NCBI GenBank assembly: GCA_964016885.1
Contig: OZ024740.1
Location: 140,554,001-140,618,000 of the forward strand
DNA length: 64,000 bases
Source of the DNA: Eledone cirrhosa
Taxonomy: Eukaryota
Direction: 5' to 3'
A program made the translations under genes and the position numbers. Shown piece by piece: positions 14,905 to 27,595 of this stretch (its first letter is position 1; each line of letters begins with the position of its first letter). The notes under the pieces were generated by a model. The model did not search any database. It was not told the DNA's origin and saw only the letters and a list, made by a program, of their open reading frames with translations.

Positions 14905-14982
14905 ATTCTTGGTATTTGTTTTGCACAGAACTTAAGAAGTGATATCCAAGCACAACGAACATTATGGTACTACACCTTCTGA
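14905..14982 (+). CDS. TspanC8 tetraspanin terminal coding exon
   Basis: (T)n-cag acceptor; ILGICFAQNLRSDIQAQRTLWYYTF-stop matches the conserved ILGICxAQNLxxDI tail. Confidence 0.93.
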   Translation: MLGICFAQNLRSDIQAQRTLWYYTF

Positions 14983-16709
14983 GTAATGTTGAATTACAGC
15001 TCTTAGTTGTCTGTTCCTCAAAAATGTAAGAACCTCTGTGAGAATAACTAGTATGATTGAGTTGATGTTTCTAGGAGAGTTATCTTGCACTAGAGTCATT
15101 AGATATGATGCTTTTTGGTATTTGTTCTGACTCTTTGCACTGAGTGCAAAACCTGTCACAATCAACTTTGTCTTTCATCTTTTTGTAGTTGATAAAGTAC
15201 CAGTCCAGTACTGGGGTAGATTTTTTCCTCTACATTTCTTCTTACTTCCTCTCTATCACTCCCTCTCTCCTTCTCTGGAAGAAATTGGCTGTGTTCAGGC
15301 CTGGAGAGGAGATGGGCTCTACTAGGTTTAAAATTCCTAAGACATATTGTATATCACTACAGCACCCCTACAACACCCCTACAATAAATCAGGAGTTATG
15401 GGTCCATACATACATAATATCTCACACTATTTCACATAAACACACACAAATATATAGGTTTTATAAGTGTATATGTGCTAGGCTTAGTTGTACAAGTGGG
15501 AGAAACAAAACTCAATACATAAGTAGAGCGATATATGCTTTATTATAGCTGTGAAGCTGCTTTCAGTGACTCAAGAACCTAGCGCCCTTAACCTTTTCAT
15601 GACAATATTTCTAATGAAATATTTCAATTAATTAATTAAATTAAAAATTTTGAAGGATTTACTAACATAACTAATAATTTCATTACTAAAATAGTAACTT
15701 AACATGGTTCTTGTATACAATTTTGTTGGAAGATTTCACTTTAAATAGGAACCATTTAAAATAGATGGTTTTGTTTTATAGAACCCGAAGATTAAGCATG
15801 AATCTCTAAACACTCATGTATCGAGGATTGCTTCCTTCCATTTGTACGATCAAGTCAAATATGCATGTAGGGATATAGAATTGAAAACGGTTGGCTTTCC
15901 AGGTTGCCACAATACACTTTGAATAACAATCTGTACTTTTAGGGACTATCATCATTATCATTTTAACATCTGCTTCTCCATCTTGGCTTGGGTTGGACAA
16001 TACTTTTTGCTGGCTGTATTCTATGACCTGTCACATAGTGTTAGATTCAAAATGGGTCTAACTAGGAAAACAACACACCAAAATGAATGTGTGTGTATGT
16101 GAGAATCATTCAAACTCTTACAGCATGGCTGCAATGTTTCACTAAGCTGTGTATTTTGTTTCAATGTTGTACTATATTAGAGAATTTATCTATAGATATA
16201 TTTTTAGCCAATACTGTGTCTAGACAAATGTAAATACCTTGTCTGTATGTAGGCAGAAAAAAGACCAGCCCCAAAACTTTTATTTCTGTGTTGGGATTTC
16301 ATCAGCAAATGAGTACTTTCTTTATATTACTCTATATATACTATTATATTTTTCTCGTAAAGGCTTTACCTCACATAATATCGAATCTATGCGATTTGGA
16401 TATTATTTATTTAGAGAACAATACCTTAACAGCAGTATGAGAAGCCAGTTTGAACAGAAAGAGGTGAGAGAATTCTGGTCGGCTATGGCCAGTTTAAATG
16501 CTAAAGGTTTAATTGACCACAAACATACTGATCAGAAGCACACTATTACTAATGAATTAAATACACTGGAAAGACTAATTGCTTGGTAGCTAGTTATTTT
16601 TTTAACTAATAATGCATATAAAGAGGGATCAATTGGACTAGTTTCAATCCTGTAATGGTATTTCTGAAGATGCAGTATATGCAGACAAGGTGTTTATATC
16701 TATCTATGT

Positions 16710-17065
16710 CAGTAGTTCCCAAACTGTGCCATGAAAGTGCACGATTCTATTTCACTATGTGAAAATTACAAATTGATATTTGTAATACAGTTCATAACTG
16801 TCAAAATGGGAAACAAATTAAGAATGCCAATATTGCCAAAAAAAAAACACCAATTACATGTTTCCCATTGATAACTGTGCTCCATTTATTGACTAAAGAA
16901 GGAAGTACCAATAATTTTTCTGTATTTTTAATTATCTATATTTGTATTTTATGCCATTCTAATATGTATGTAAATACCTCTTTTCGAATTTACGTACAAA
17001 AAGTGTCAAAATATTTTTATTTGTTCTAAAGTGTGGTGTGAGTAAAATAAGTTTTGGAACTACTG
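16710..17065. mobile_element. hAT (Charlie-like) MITE
   Basis: TIRs CAGTAGTTCCCAAACT and AGTTTTGGAACTACTG; degenerate 8-bp flanks ATCTATGT and GTCTATAC. Confidence 0.8.
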
Positions 17066-17467
17066 GTCTATACATACAGTGTTGGCTAAACATTTGTTTG
17101 TGTGTATTAATGCTATTTCCCTTAACTCCTTTGTTACCATATTTCTAATGACACTACCTGTTATTTTCATATAATTTTGAAAAATTGAGGAGAATTTGAA
17201 GGTATTTAGTAATATAACTCTCTTAATTTGGTGTTTGGAACATAACTTAAAGGTTCTTACATTAAATTATATTAGAAGATTCAAATTTATGTTTGATTGA
17301 CTAAATTCCTTCAAGTAAAAGAGCATTAAAAGAGTATGTGTGTGTGTATATATATCCAAACCCATGCAAGCGTGGAAGATGGACGTTAAATGATGATGAT
17401 ATATAAGGAAAAAAAATCGAAAATGCAACTGGAGTATTTTTAAGAATATTTATTTCCACATATATAT

Positions 17468-18690
17468 CATCATCATCATCATCATCATCATCAACGTTTA
17501 ACGTCCGTGTTCCACGCTTGCATGGGTTTGGACGGGGGTAGTCCCACTTGAGGCAAGAGTGATTGTCTTGCTCGCATAGGACTGTCTGGCAGGTTTTCTA
17601 CAGTTGGATGCCCTTCCTAACACCAACCACATTTACAGTGTGGGTCTGGGAGGTTTTTACCGTGTTGCCTACACGGCCACATTACAGCGTGGACTGTGTG
17701 TTTTTTTGTCGTGACACCTACACGATCTCATTTGTTTCGGCCTCGAAGGCGCGGCACCAACATAACTTTACATAGAACGGGGTGGTGTGGATCGGGTGGG
17801 GGTGGGGGTGGTGGGACGGGGTGTATTTGTTAGAGATGCCTACTGGCTGGAGTAGGTTTTACTATATATTTAGGTAAGGCGGGTCTTCTCTGTTACTGAG
17901 TACCGCCAAAGGTCTCGGTCCAGTGACATTGTCTTGGAGAGGTGTAAGTGTGTGATGTCGGAGTTTATCAGCTCGTCCCAGGTTTTTCTAGGTCTGCCTA
18001 TTCCGTGACTACCGTCTATCTTTATTGCCCTGCACTTTGTTATACAGCTATCGACTTTCATGCGCATCACGTGTCCATACCAACGTAGCCTTCTCTCGAG
18101 TAAACAACATCTGATCCCTCTTATCTCTAATTTTTTCCTTAGTTCGTTTATGCTTTGCCGTTCACGTATATTACTGTTACACATCCAGCGGAGCATGCAA
18201 GCTTCGTTCCTCTCTAGTCTGCGTATATCCTCTGCACACAATGCCCAGGTCTCACTGCCATGCAGCATTGCTGTTCGTATGCAGGCATCGTACAACCTGC
18301 CTTTCATTTTTAGTGAGAACCCTTTAGCAGCTAATAGTGGTATAAGCTCTCTGAACTTTTTCCAACCAGTTCTGACTCTAGCTACAGTACTTTCAGAGCA
18401 CCCTCCCCCACTGCTGATTTTATCGCCCAGGTAACGGAAGCTGTCCACTATTTCTATAGAACCCTCTGCGCAATTGAAAGAGCTAGTAGTTTGTGGGCAC
18501 TTGCTGCTACTTATTGCACCAGAGCACCGGCCACATGTAAAATCTATGTTCTTAGTTAGCTTACCTGTGATCCCACTACATCTTTTATGCACCCATACTT
18601 TGCATTTAGGACATAAAATGGAGTTTCTACCTACGCCTTTCCTACACACCGAGCACGACCATTTCCCAGAAGGGATAAATGAGCTGTGAA
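17468..18690 (-). mobile_element. Young 5'-truncated RTE LINE with intact 3' ORF, 3' UTR and (GAT)n tail
   Basis: ORF 17870-18649 (SFRYLG, LHGSETW, RRLRWYGHVMR, GRPRKTW); CpGs retained; tail read as (CAT)n at 17468-17492. Confidence 0.95.
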
Positions 18691-18839
18691 CATCTGGCTG
18701 ACTTACATCCCAATGTAAATGGTTATAATACTAGTCAATCTATATAAATAGTTTTTGAGAAAATAGGGTAAATTACCCCTGGAGATGGAAAACAGTGGAC
18801 AGGTGCTTGTGAAGGAATTGAATTCCACTTCTCTCAGAT

Positions 18840-19640
18840 ACCAAGCAAAAACACCTTTTGTAGCTAGCAGTGGTAATAGCTTCCTGAAATTTTCCCATTC
18901 CATTCTCACTCTGGCTACAGTATTTTCAGAACCTTCACTGCTAATTTGGTCACCCAGGTAACAGAAACTATTAACTACTTCTATGGAGCCCGCTGAGCAT
19001 ATAAAGGGGATTGTTTCCTGTGAGTGTTTGTTACTTACTGCGCCTATGCATTGACCACATATAAAACCTATGTTTTTTGCTAGACTGTTTGAGATCCTAC
19101 TACATCTCTTGTATACTCCTTTCCTGCATACTGGGCAAGGCCAATTCCCTGAAGGGATCTAGGCCGTTTTCTTTTCTACTTTTTGTCAAATTGACTTTCA
19201 GACTTTTTGCTTCCAAGCTATTCTTCCAGGCTTTGAATTTCTTCTCTAATTTTGCCATAGATTAGACTATGAGGGTTAGATCATCAGCATATAGGAGTTC
19301 CCATGGACAGCCAGTCTTAAACTCTTCCATTAAAGAATGCATCATCATCATTGTCATCATCACTGTTTTACGTCCATTCTTCCATGCAGGACGATAATAA
19401 ACAAGGGAAGGCTAAGAACAGGGCTCTGGTAGATACTTACTTGCACACTAAATTCTTCACTATAATTACTGTTAATTCGACCCTTGCTGACTGCTCATCT
19501 ACCCCTAGTTTTCTAAGAACCCAACAGTTTATGGACTCGTCAGAAGTTTTCTCCAGATCATCAAATGCCAAATAGAGGGGGTTTACTTTTAGCTAGGTAC
19601 CTGCAGTTAACCTCACAAGGAAGAGAGCATCAGTGGTACT
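18840..19640 (-). mobile_element. Decayed RTE LINE fragments
   Basis: EFKTGCPWELLYADDL and SFCYLGD remnants homologous to the 1-1160 element. Confidence 0.85.
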
Positions 19641-19847
19641 TTTACATGGGATTCAATTTCTTGCAGGTACCTCTGTCCACCTTTTTCTGTCACCAGGGGT
19701 ACTTTACTTAATTTTCTCAACTATTATTATAGTCATTTACGTTGGGACGACATTTCAAATGTATGTGTGTTTCTGGATATATTCTATATATTGAATATTT
19801 ACTTGACATATTATTTATCCTTGTTCTATTCTCTTCTATTCTTTCAG

Positions 19848-19883
19848 ATTCTTGGAATATTCTATGCACAGAAATATTGCTGA
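19848..19883 (+). CDS. Putative alternative (duplicated) terminal exon of the tetraspanin
   Basis: Strong acceptor ttctattctcttctattctttcag then ATTCTTGGAATATTCTATGCACAGAAATATTGCTGA = ILGIFYAQKYC-stop; paralogous to exon 14905-14982 and in the same phase. Confidence 0.6.
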   Translation: MLGIFYAQKYC

Positions 19884-20269
19884 TAAACTGTTTACATGCA
19901 TGCATCTGTGTGTGTATGTGTACATGTTCATGTGTGTGTGCAAGCAATAGTGTAATGGCTGTCAGTGCTGTTTGGAATCACAGCAATATTGAGAAATGGC
20001 ATAAAGAGCAATTATACATACATAAATACACATACATACATATATATATGATGATATACATACATACATATACACTCGCACACACACACACACATATATA
20101 TATATAAGGTGGTGGTGGGGGTATGTTAACGGTCACAATGGGGTTATTGACCATGCTACATGAAGCCGTTTGTTTGTTTGTTTCATTTATCAAGGACAGT
20201 CACATACAAAACTGCAAGCAACACCATGACAAAGACATTCTATCTCAGATTCTAGAGTTTATTCAATAT

Positions 20270-21230
20270 ATGAGCATTTGACAAAATGTATTACAGTACT
20301 TAGTTACGGCCCTTTATATACTGAGTTCAAATCCCCCCTTGGTCAAATTTAACTTCCCAATAAAATAAAGAACCAGTCAAGTACTGGGATCAATCTAATC
20401 GACTTCCCCTTCTCCCAAATGGTAGGCCTTGTGCCTAAATTAGAAACCATTATTATTATGATTGCTACCAGAGCAGGGAATTGGCCGAATCGTTAGAGCA
20501 TCAGACAAAATGCATTGTGACATTTGTTCTGGCTCTTTATTTTCTGTGTTCAAATCTTGCTGAGGTCCTTTTAGGATAAATTAAATTACCAGTAAAATAC
20601 TGGGATCGATTTAATTGACTTTCCCTGTCCCCAAAATTGTTGGCCTTGTGCTTAAATCAGAAACCATAATTATCCTTATTAGGGCAGTGGATTGGCAGAA
20701 TTGTTAGAACATCAGACAACAAAATGACTTCCATCATTTGTTCTGGCTATTTATGTTCTGAGTTAAAATCCTGCTGAGGTCAATTTTACCTGTCATCCTT
20801 CCACGTGGAAGGAGGGTTCGCTAAAGTACCAGTCAATTTTATTTGCCCCCTCCCATAATATTTTTCTGGCTTTATGTCTATGTTAGAAATTATTATTATT
20901 ATCATTAATTAACTATTATTTCCATTTGTTTAGAAATGAATATTATTATCATTAATTAAGTTATTTTCCATCTTTTTAAATAACAGGATGGTGGATTGGC
21001 AGAATCGTTAGAGAGTTGGGCGGAAATGCCTTCAGGTATTTAGTTACGTCCCTTTACATTCTGAGTTCAAATCCTGCCGAAGCAGAGGTTGACTTTGCCT
21101 TTCATCCTTCCAGGGGTTGGGGTTGGGAATTGGGTTGATAAATAAAGTTACCAGTTAAATAACTGGGATCAATATAATAATCGATTGGCCCACCGACACA
21201 CACACCAAATGTGGCTTTGTGCCTATGTAA
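20270..21230 (+). mobile_element. Head-to-tail array of tRNA-derived SINEs
   Basis: Repeated A-box TGGCAGAATCG, B-box GAGTTCAAATCC, core GCCTTTCATCCTT..GATAAAATAAAGTACCAG and (ATT)n tail. Similar arrays at 22720-23520, 29590-30860 and 40550-42260. Confidence 0.9.
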
Positions 21231-21339
21231 AAAAAAAGAAGCCATCTTTTCTCAGCAAAACATGACAAAACAAGAACATTAAAAATATAGTTCATTTTAA
21301 CTACATTCCAAAGCTATGGTGAATTAACCAATAAAAATA

Positions 21340-21466
21340 CATACACACATATATATATATATATATGTGTGCATATATATATATATATATGTGTGTGCAT
21401 ATATATATATATATGTGTGGGCATATATATATATATGTATGTGCATATATATATTTATATATATAA

Positions 21467-21510
<44 letters not shown>

Positions 21511-21535
21511 TATATAGACATACACACACACACAC
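21340..21535. repeat. Compound (TA)n/(TG)n/(CA)n microsatellite
   Basis: Direct inspection; similar tracts at 1161-1280, 2200-2243, 31210-31281, 61800-61940. Confidence 0.97.
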
Positions 21536-23574
21536 CATCAAAATTAGGGGAGAGAGTTAAGAGGGTGAAGGATATAAACTAGGGTGCATTTGTAAATTAT
21601 TTCACATCATAAAGTTTATGAATACATGTGTAAAAATATACCACCTCCATGACAAAGACATTTTATTATTTTTTTTTATTGTTTTATTTTTTAATGGACC
21701 CAGTTCAACAAATGGTCCATTTATAAACACAATTACAAAGATGAAAAAAACAAAACAAGACTTCCTACCTTAAGCTCGTTGCCACTAACCACCCTGTCTA
21801 TCCTATAAATCTGCCTATGTCTCTACCTTAAATCTACCAGTGGTGTGTCAGGAAAAAGAAAAATGCTAGGTTTACCCTTTTGTTACTATCTACTTACCTA
21901 GGTAGGACTGAACTCATATTAAAATCTCCTATGAGATGCATCCTTATAGGTGGCCAGCTAAACCTGCAGAGGTGTGAGCTGTAAAGTTTATTTTTATTTT
22001 TTCCTCTTACCTATCTACTTGCCTACCTGCCCCCCCCCCCCCCCCCCCCATGTACTGAACTATCAAACAAACAAGCAAGTATCTAGTACCGCTTTACGTT
22101 GCAAGATTTTGGCTGTTCTTCATTTGCCTGTATATATCAGTCAGTCTAAGTTCACTGTGGAATACAGGGTCAATATATGCATGGTCTACATGCATCAGTT
22201 GTGATTTGAGTTCCAAGCTCATGTCAGTGTTCAGTTTCTGGTAGTTAGCCTTTCACCTCTTGCAAACCACCACCTCCATGTAAAGAAGCCCTATATATAT
22301 GTTATGAATGAAATTTTTTGTTTCTTATTTCGTAAAAGCAACAAATAATAATAATTCTTTTATTTGCCAAAGGGCATTGAATGAAGGAGACATTACAAAC
22401 ACAAGTTACATGAAGGTGGGGGTTTATAGGGAAATGAAAAAAAATGGGCTAACAAATACACACAGTATGCAAATTTGTTATACATACTATACAAAGAAGT
22501 AAGGCAGTTAGTCCTCCTGGTATAGAGATCTGAATACTTAAGGCCATAAGAGGAAACCCACATATCCACAATCACCCCGACCTCTAAGAATGAGTGTCCT
22601 CTCCCAACTCTCATTGTCCATAATAATGGTTTCTAATTTAGGCACAAAGCCAGCAATTTGAGTGGAGAAGAAAGTTGATTAAATTGACTCCAGTATTTGT
22701 CCGGTACTTCATTATTAGCCGAGGTTGACTTTGCCTTTCATCCTTGCGGGGTCGATAAAATAAAGTACCAGTAATGTACTGGGTAATTGCTGGCCTTGTG
22801 CCAAAGGTAGAAACAATTATTATTCAAATAATGATAATAATGTTGAAAGAGGAAGGGAAAAGTAGAGTACTGGACGAAGTGCTGAATGGTATTTATTTAC
22901 CTTCATCTCCATTCTGAGTTCAAATCCCACCAAGGTTGCCTTTTCATTCCTTCCAGGCTCAATAAACTAAGTACCACTCAACTAGTGGGATCAGTTAAAT
23001 CAACTTCAATACAAAACCCCCAATTTGGTTGTGTGCCAATGTTAGAAATCATCATCATTATTATTATTGAAAAGGTGGGAGTTGAATAAATGCTCTTTAC
23101 ATCTTGAGTACAAATCCTATTAAGGCCAACTTTACCTTTCATCCTTCTTTAGAAGATAAAATAAAGCACCAGTCAAATGCTGGGGTTAATATAGTTGACT
23201 TCCCCTCCCTCAACACAGCTGGCCTTGTGCCTAAATTAGAAATCATAATTATTATTAGTAAAGGCAGTTGATGGCAGAATTGGTAGAGCATTACATGACA
23301 AAATCTTTTTCAGTTTTTAGTTTCTGATTTTCAACTCTACTGAATTTAAACTTTATTCTCTATTATCCTTACAAAGGTTGCTAAAATAAAGTACCAATCA
23401 AGTACTGGGAGTTGTCTGGATTGAATTGAATATATTTCTCCTTCTGCCACTATAAGAAATTGTTTTTGATTATTATTATTATTGGAATGGCAGTGCACTA
23501 AAGTACTGCCTTACAGTATAGTGTTTAGTTTCATTCTTTTATGATCTGTGTTCAAATGGCACTGGAGAGAAAGA

Positions 23575-25430
23575 CTATTCTCATTTTACATCCAATTTTC
23601 CATGCTTGCTTTGGTTGGATGGGTCTTTTCCAGCACAACCTCCCTCCACTCATTGTGTACCTTCATTATCTTCTCTGTGAGGTTCAGCATTTTCAGATCA
23701 GCTGTCATTGCCCAGGTCTTCCCTGATCTTTCTCTACTGCAGCTTCCTTCCACTTGGATCATGTCCATACCAGTGCAATTTTTTCTCTTGCACACTACAT
23801 CTGATTCCTCATATTTCCAGTTTTTCTCTTGGCTCATCCATGCTACATTGTTCGTGCATACTAACATTATATAGCCATCAGAGCCTGCTTGACTCATTTT
23901 TGTCCAGCCTTTACATATTCTTTGCATCCACTGCCCATGTCTCACTACCATGCAACATCACACATTGCACCCAGGCATATACAGCTTGCTTTTCACCTAT
24001 AGAAAGAAACCCTTTGATGCCAACAGGGTTAATAGTTTGCTGATTTTTTCCCATCCGGTTCTTATTCTAGTTTTAAATAATTTAAATGAAATATTAGTTA
24101 TATCTTTTTGGAAGATGGTCCACAAAACTTACGAAGGCACATAGTTTGACTTAAAACTTGCTGTGTACTGCCAAAACCTTGGTATGGACCATCAGTGAAG
24201 GTCATGCTTGCTATCATTCAATACATACTTTTCACTAATGATGCCCTAGTTTAACCTGATAAACTGCTTCACAATCCAGAACACCTCATGGCTTTGATCC
24301 TCTCATCAAAGAATAAACCCTTTACTTCTTGTTTCTTTCTTTGCTAAATATACTGGATGTCTAGTTTTTCTTCCAGCTATTTAGTATTGTTCCTTTCTCC
24401 TATTCCTTCCATTATTTCCAGGCTTGTCTATTAACTTTTATGACCCTATTTATGTCATTCCACCTTCATGTCACCTTCTGCCTTGCTGGAACAATGCACC
24501 ATCCACAGATCTGATCTGTGGCTCGCAGTAGATTGTCTGATAGAAATTCCCAGGTGTCTTCTATCTCTTCCTAGCTTTAGATGTTGCCTAGTATTCCTTT
24601 GGATTTGTGTATAGCCAAGAGATCTTTCAGTTTCTACATCTTTCTTCTTTAGAATATTTTGTTTCTCTGGGTCCTTTTAGCTTTTAACTTCATGTCACTA
24701 ATCACTGGTCTATGTTGAAAGGTGCATTCTTCACTGGGGAAAAAACTTAGCATTCTTTGTCTTCTGTCCTAGTAAAGTCTCTCTGACTTGCTTGTTCACC
24801 TGAGTGGCAGATGATCAGCTGGTTGTTTTCTTGAAATTAGTGTTACAAATGTTTATAATTTTTGCCACAGATCTTCAAGGGTTTTAATCGTTCTTCATTC
24901 ATTGTACTATATCCATAGCTTCCATGTATATCAGAGTAGCCATCATGGCGTTGCCCAACATGTCCATTAAGGTCACCAGCCATGAAAACAAGGTTGCTGA
25001 TGTTTATTATAGAGATCGTTTTGTAAGATGGCTCCATAGAATTGGCTCACTTGTTCATATGTCAGTAATCTTATTGTGGTGCTTTTGAAGAGATCACTGT
25101 TGTATATGACTAGCTTAAACTTTTTGATACCAATCCAGTCAAAATCAGTTCCTAGTTAAATTCAAGTTTTCTAACATATTATATAAGAACCATAGGTTAA
25201 TGAAATAATTAATAATTTCAATAAATTCCTGTTTTTCGTTAAATAATTGAGATAGTATATCTCATTAGAAATACAGTCATGTAAAGAATAAGATTATACC
25301 CTGGTCACCTGGTTTACTTTATACATTTCTCTACCAATGATATGCCTACTCCATCCACCCAGTATAATTTGTATCTGTATCCTTTGCCTGTTAGGAGTCT
25401 GAATGAGGTTTCATTCCATCTTATTCTTAC
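23575..25430 (-). mobile_element. Decayed RTE LINE (3' end and AP-endonuclease pieces) interrupted by a MITE
   Basis: AGDLNGHVG endonuclease motif in ORF 24843-25037; GKTW and tail similarity near 23580-23750. Confidence 0.8.
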
Positions 25431-27550
25431 CTACCTTTCATTGGTGATGTGATTGTTTGATGTCTATTTAGTGCATCTGAAAGTAAAAGAATGTGGTGTG
25501 ATTATTTGATGATGGTGATCAAGGGATGTTCACACTTGACCACTATACTGTTGTGTGCTACACTACCATACTGTTATTCTTCTATGGGTAATTAGGGGTT
25601 TTCATTGATTTCACTATTGGCAACTGGATACACTGTCTATTACCAGTCACCTAACAGTATGGACTGAATGCATTTTAACATATCACCAGCACTAGATAGG
25701 CTGCCTGCTTATGTAAAGTATCTCATCCATCCTTACACAGTATTAGTTTTTATTCAAAGTTACTGCTCTTCTATACAGGTTACTTTCACTAGGATTTATG
25801 AAGTCTACATCTTCGTGTGATTTCAAACAATGCTGCATTTGTTTAGAGTGAATACTAGATATATATAGACCTAAAAAATGTTGATCAATCAACAGTATAG
25901 TTTCAACTTATCAGTTGGTTGTGAAGAAGTCACATTTGCACATTCCAATTTTAAGCATTGTTTGTTTCTACAGTTAAATGCCCTTCCTGACACTAACTAC
26001 TTTATAAGGTGTACTGGGTGCATTTATTCATGGTGCTAGCAACTAGCGATGTTGTGATGTCCTTAACATGATTTAAGGTTCCTCTCTACTCTGTGTTGTC
26101 TCCTTGTCAAGCACTTTACATAATATATTAGGTGCATTTTATGATGGCACCATCAATAGAAAGAGTGTCTTGTCCACTGCAAAACTAATGTAACCTCAAG
26201 CATGACTGAGAGGGTGACTAGAGTGTGCTGACCAAGCATTGAAAGAGGAGGGAGTATGATTATAAGGGTGAAGGAGAAAACTAATACAATGGTAGGGAGG
26301 GAAGGTGACATGTTGGTAGTAAGTAGGAAGTTGAGTAGAAAACCAATAGAATAAGCTATATATATATGGTATAGTCTCAACGAGGGCCTTCTCCTCCATT
26401 TCAGTTGGCTATCAAGAAAATTAGTGGGCCTAAAGCCAACCAAATTGTTAAGGGATCTCTGTTGGAACTATACTTTATAATTATACCTACTCTGCTGCTT
26501 CATATACCTCAAGTACTACCCTGATCTACTGTCTTCCTGGTCCCGGAATCATATACACTTTTCACACCCACATATATGTATTGTATATTATTTATAAATA
26601 TGTGTGTATTTTCATCATCTGTGGATTACATCATCTCTAAAACTTACTATGTTTACTGTGTACTGTTACTTTTCAAGACATTTAACCTAACATTGTATTT
26701 TGTTATTGCTTTTAGATTTTCTTTCTTGTTGATAAATTAATGAAAACACAGTAAATAATAGAAATAATAGTAATTATTATTGTGGTGAATTGGCAGAATT
26801 GTTAAGCAACATTATTTAGTTATGGATCTTAACTTCAATCCAACCAAGGTGAACTTTGCCTTTCATCTATCCGGTCAATATTGACTTTCCCCATTACCAC
26901 CAAATTTCTGGCCCTGTGCCTAAATTAGAAATGATTATTAACATTGTACATATCTTTATGAATGAATTATATTTACAAGCCAGGGCAAGCAGTTAAATGG
27001 TTGATTACAAAAAATAATTGAATATGAAATATTTTAGCAGTATATGTTCTTTTGTTGTTGTTTAGTCCCAAGTTTGGCCTGATTGAGTTGACCTATAAAC
27101 ACAGATGTTGTATCCAATATGTCCTTCTAAGATAGTAGTGTGTTATCTGAGGGAGATTTGGCTGAATGTTTAGTAACTCAAGCAACCACAATGTCTCCTT
27201 GTTTTATTCTTATTATATGATTCATCTTGTGGCAAGCACTGATAAAGTGAAAGTGCATGGCCTAGTGGATAGGGTATTGGACTCATAATCATAAAGTCGA
27301 GAGTTCAATTCTTGGACCAGGCAGCATCTTTTCTTGAGCAAGACGCTTCATTTCACATTACTTTTCATCATAGGAATAGGGCCTCCTATCATTAAAACCC
27401 CACAAAACCTATAGGTCAGCTAAACCTACATAGGTGTGAGCTGTAAATATATTTTTTTTCTTTATTAATTTCAAGTGCTGATAAACAAAAGGCAAGCTGA
27501 GTCTATGGTGTAGTTCTGATTTCTGGTTCAAATCTTTTCCTTTTTCTTAC

Positions 27551-27595
27551 CTTTGGGAAAGAGTGAGCATCCCAACTACCTCCAATTACTTTGGT
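27551..27595 (-). CDS. Candidate 45-nt internal exon of an unidentified gene
   Basis: aatttcag acceptor, AAG/GTAAGA donor; only phase 0 is open (TKVIGGSWDAHSFPK); sequence is not recognisably repeat-derived. Confidence 0.35.

Noticed and set aside
20470-20560. tRNA genes suggested by A and B boxes
   Set aside because: No cloverleaf, over-long box spacing, and each is followed by a SINE core and tail.
21301-21582. ORFs rich in YI, HT, CV or ER repeats (also 1163, 2359, 31205, 61709)
   Set aside because: These are translations of dinucleotide microsatellites.
25435-25476. Candidate 42-nt exon (DALNRHQTITSPMK) with strong splice signals
   Set aside because: Its phase does not follow the 27551 exon without an immediate stop, and it abuts a decayed RTE whose MKGR start could explain the donor-like sequence.
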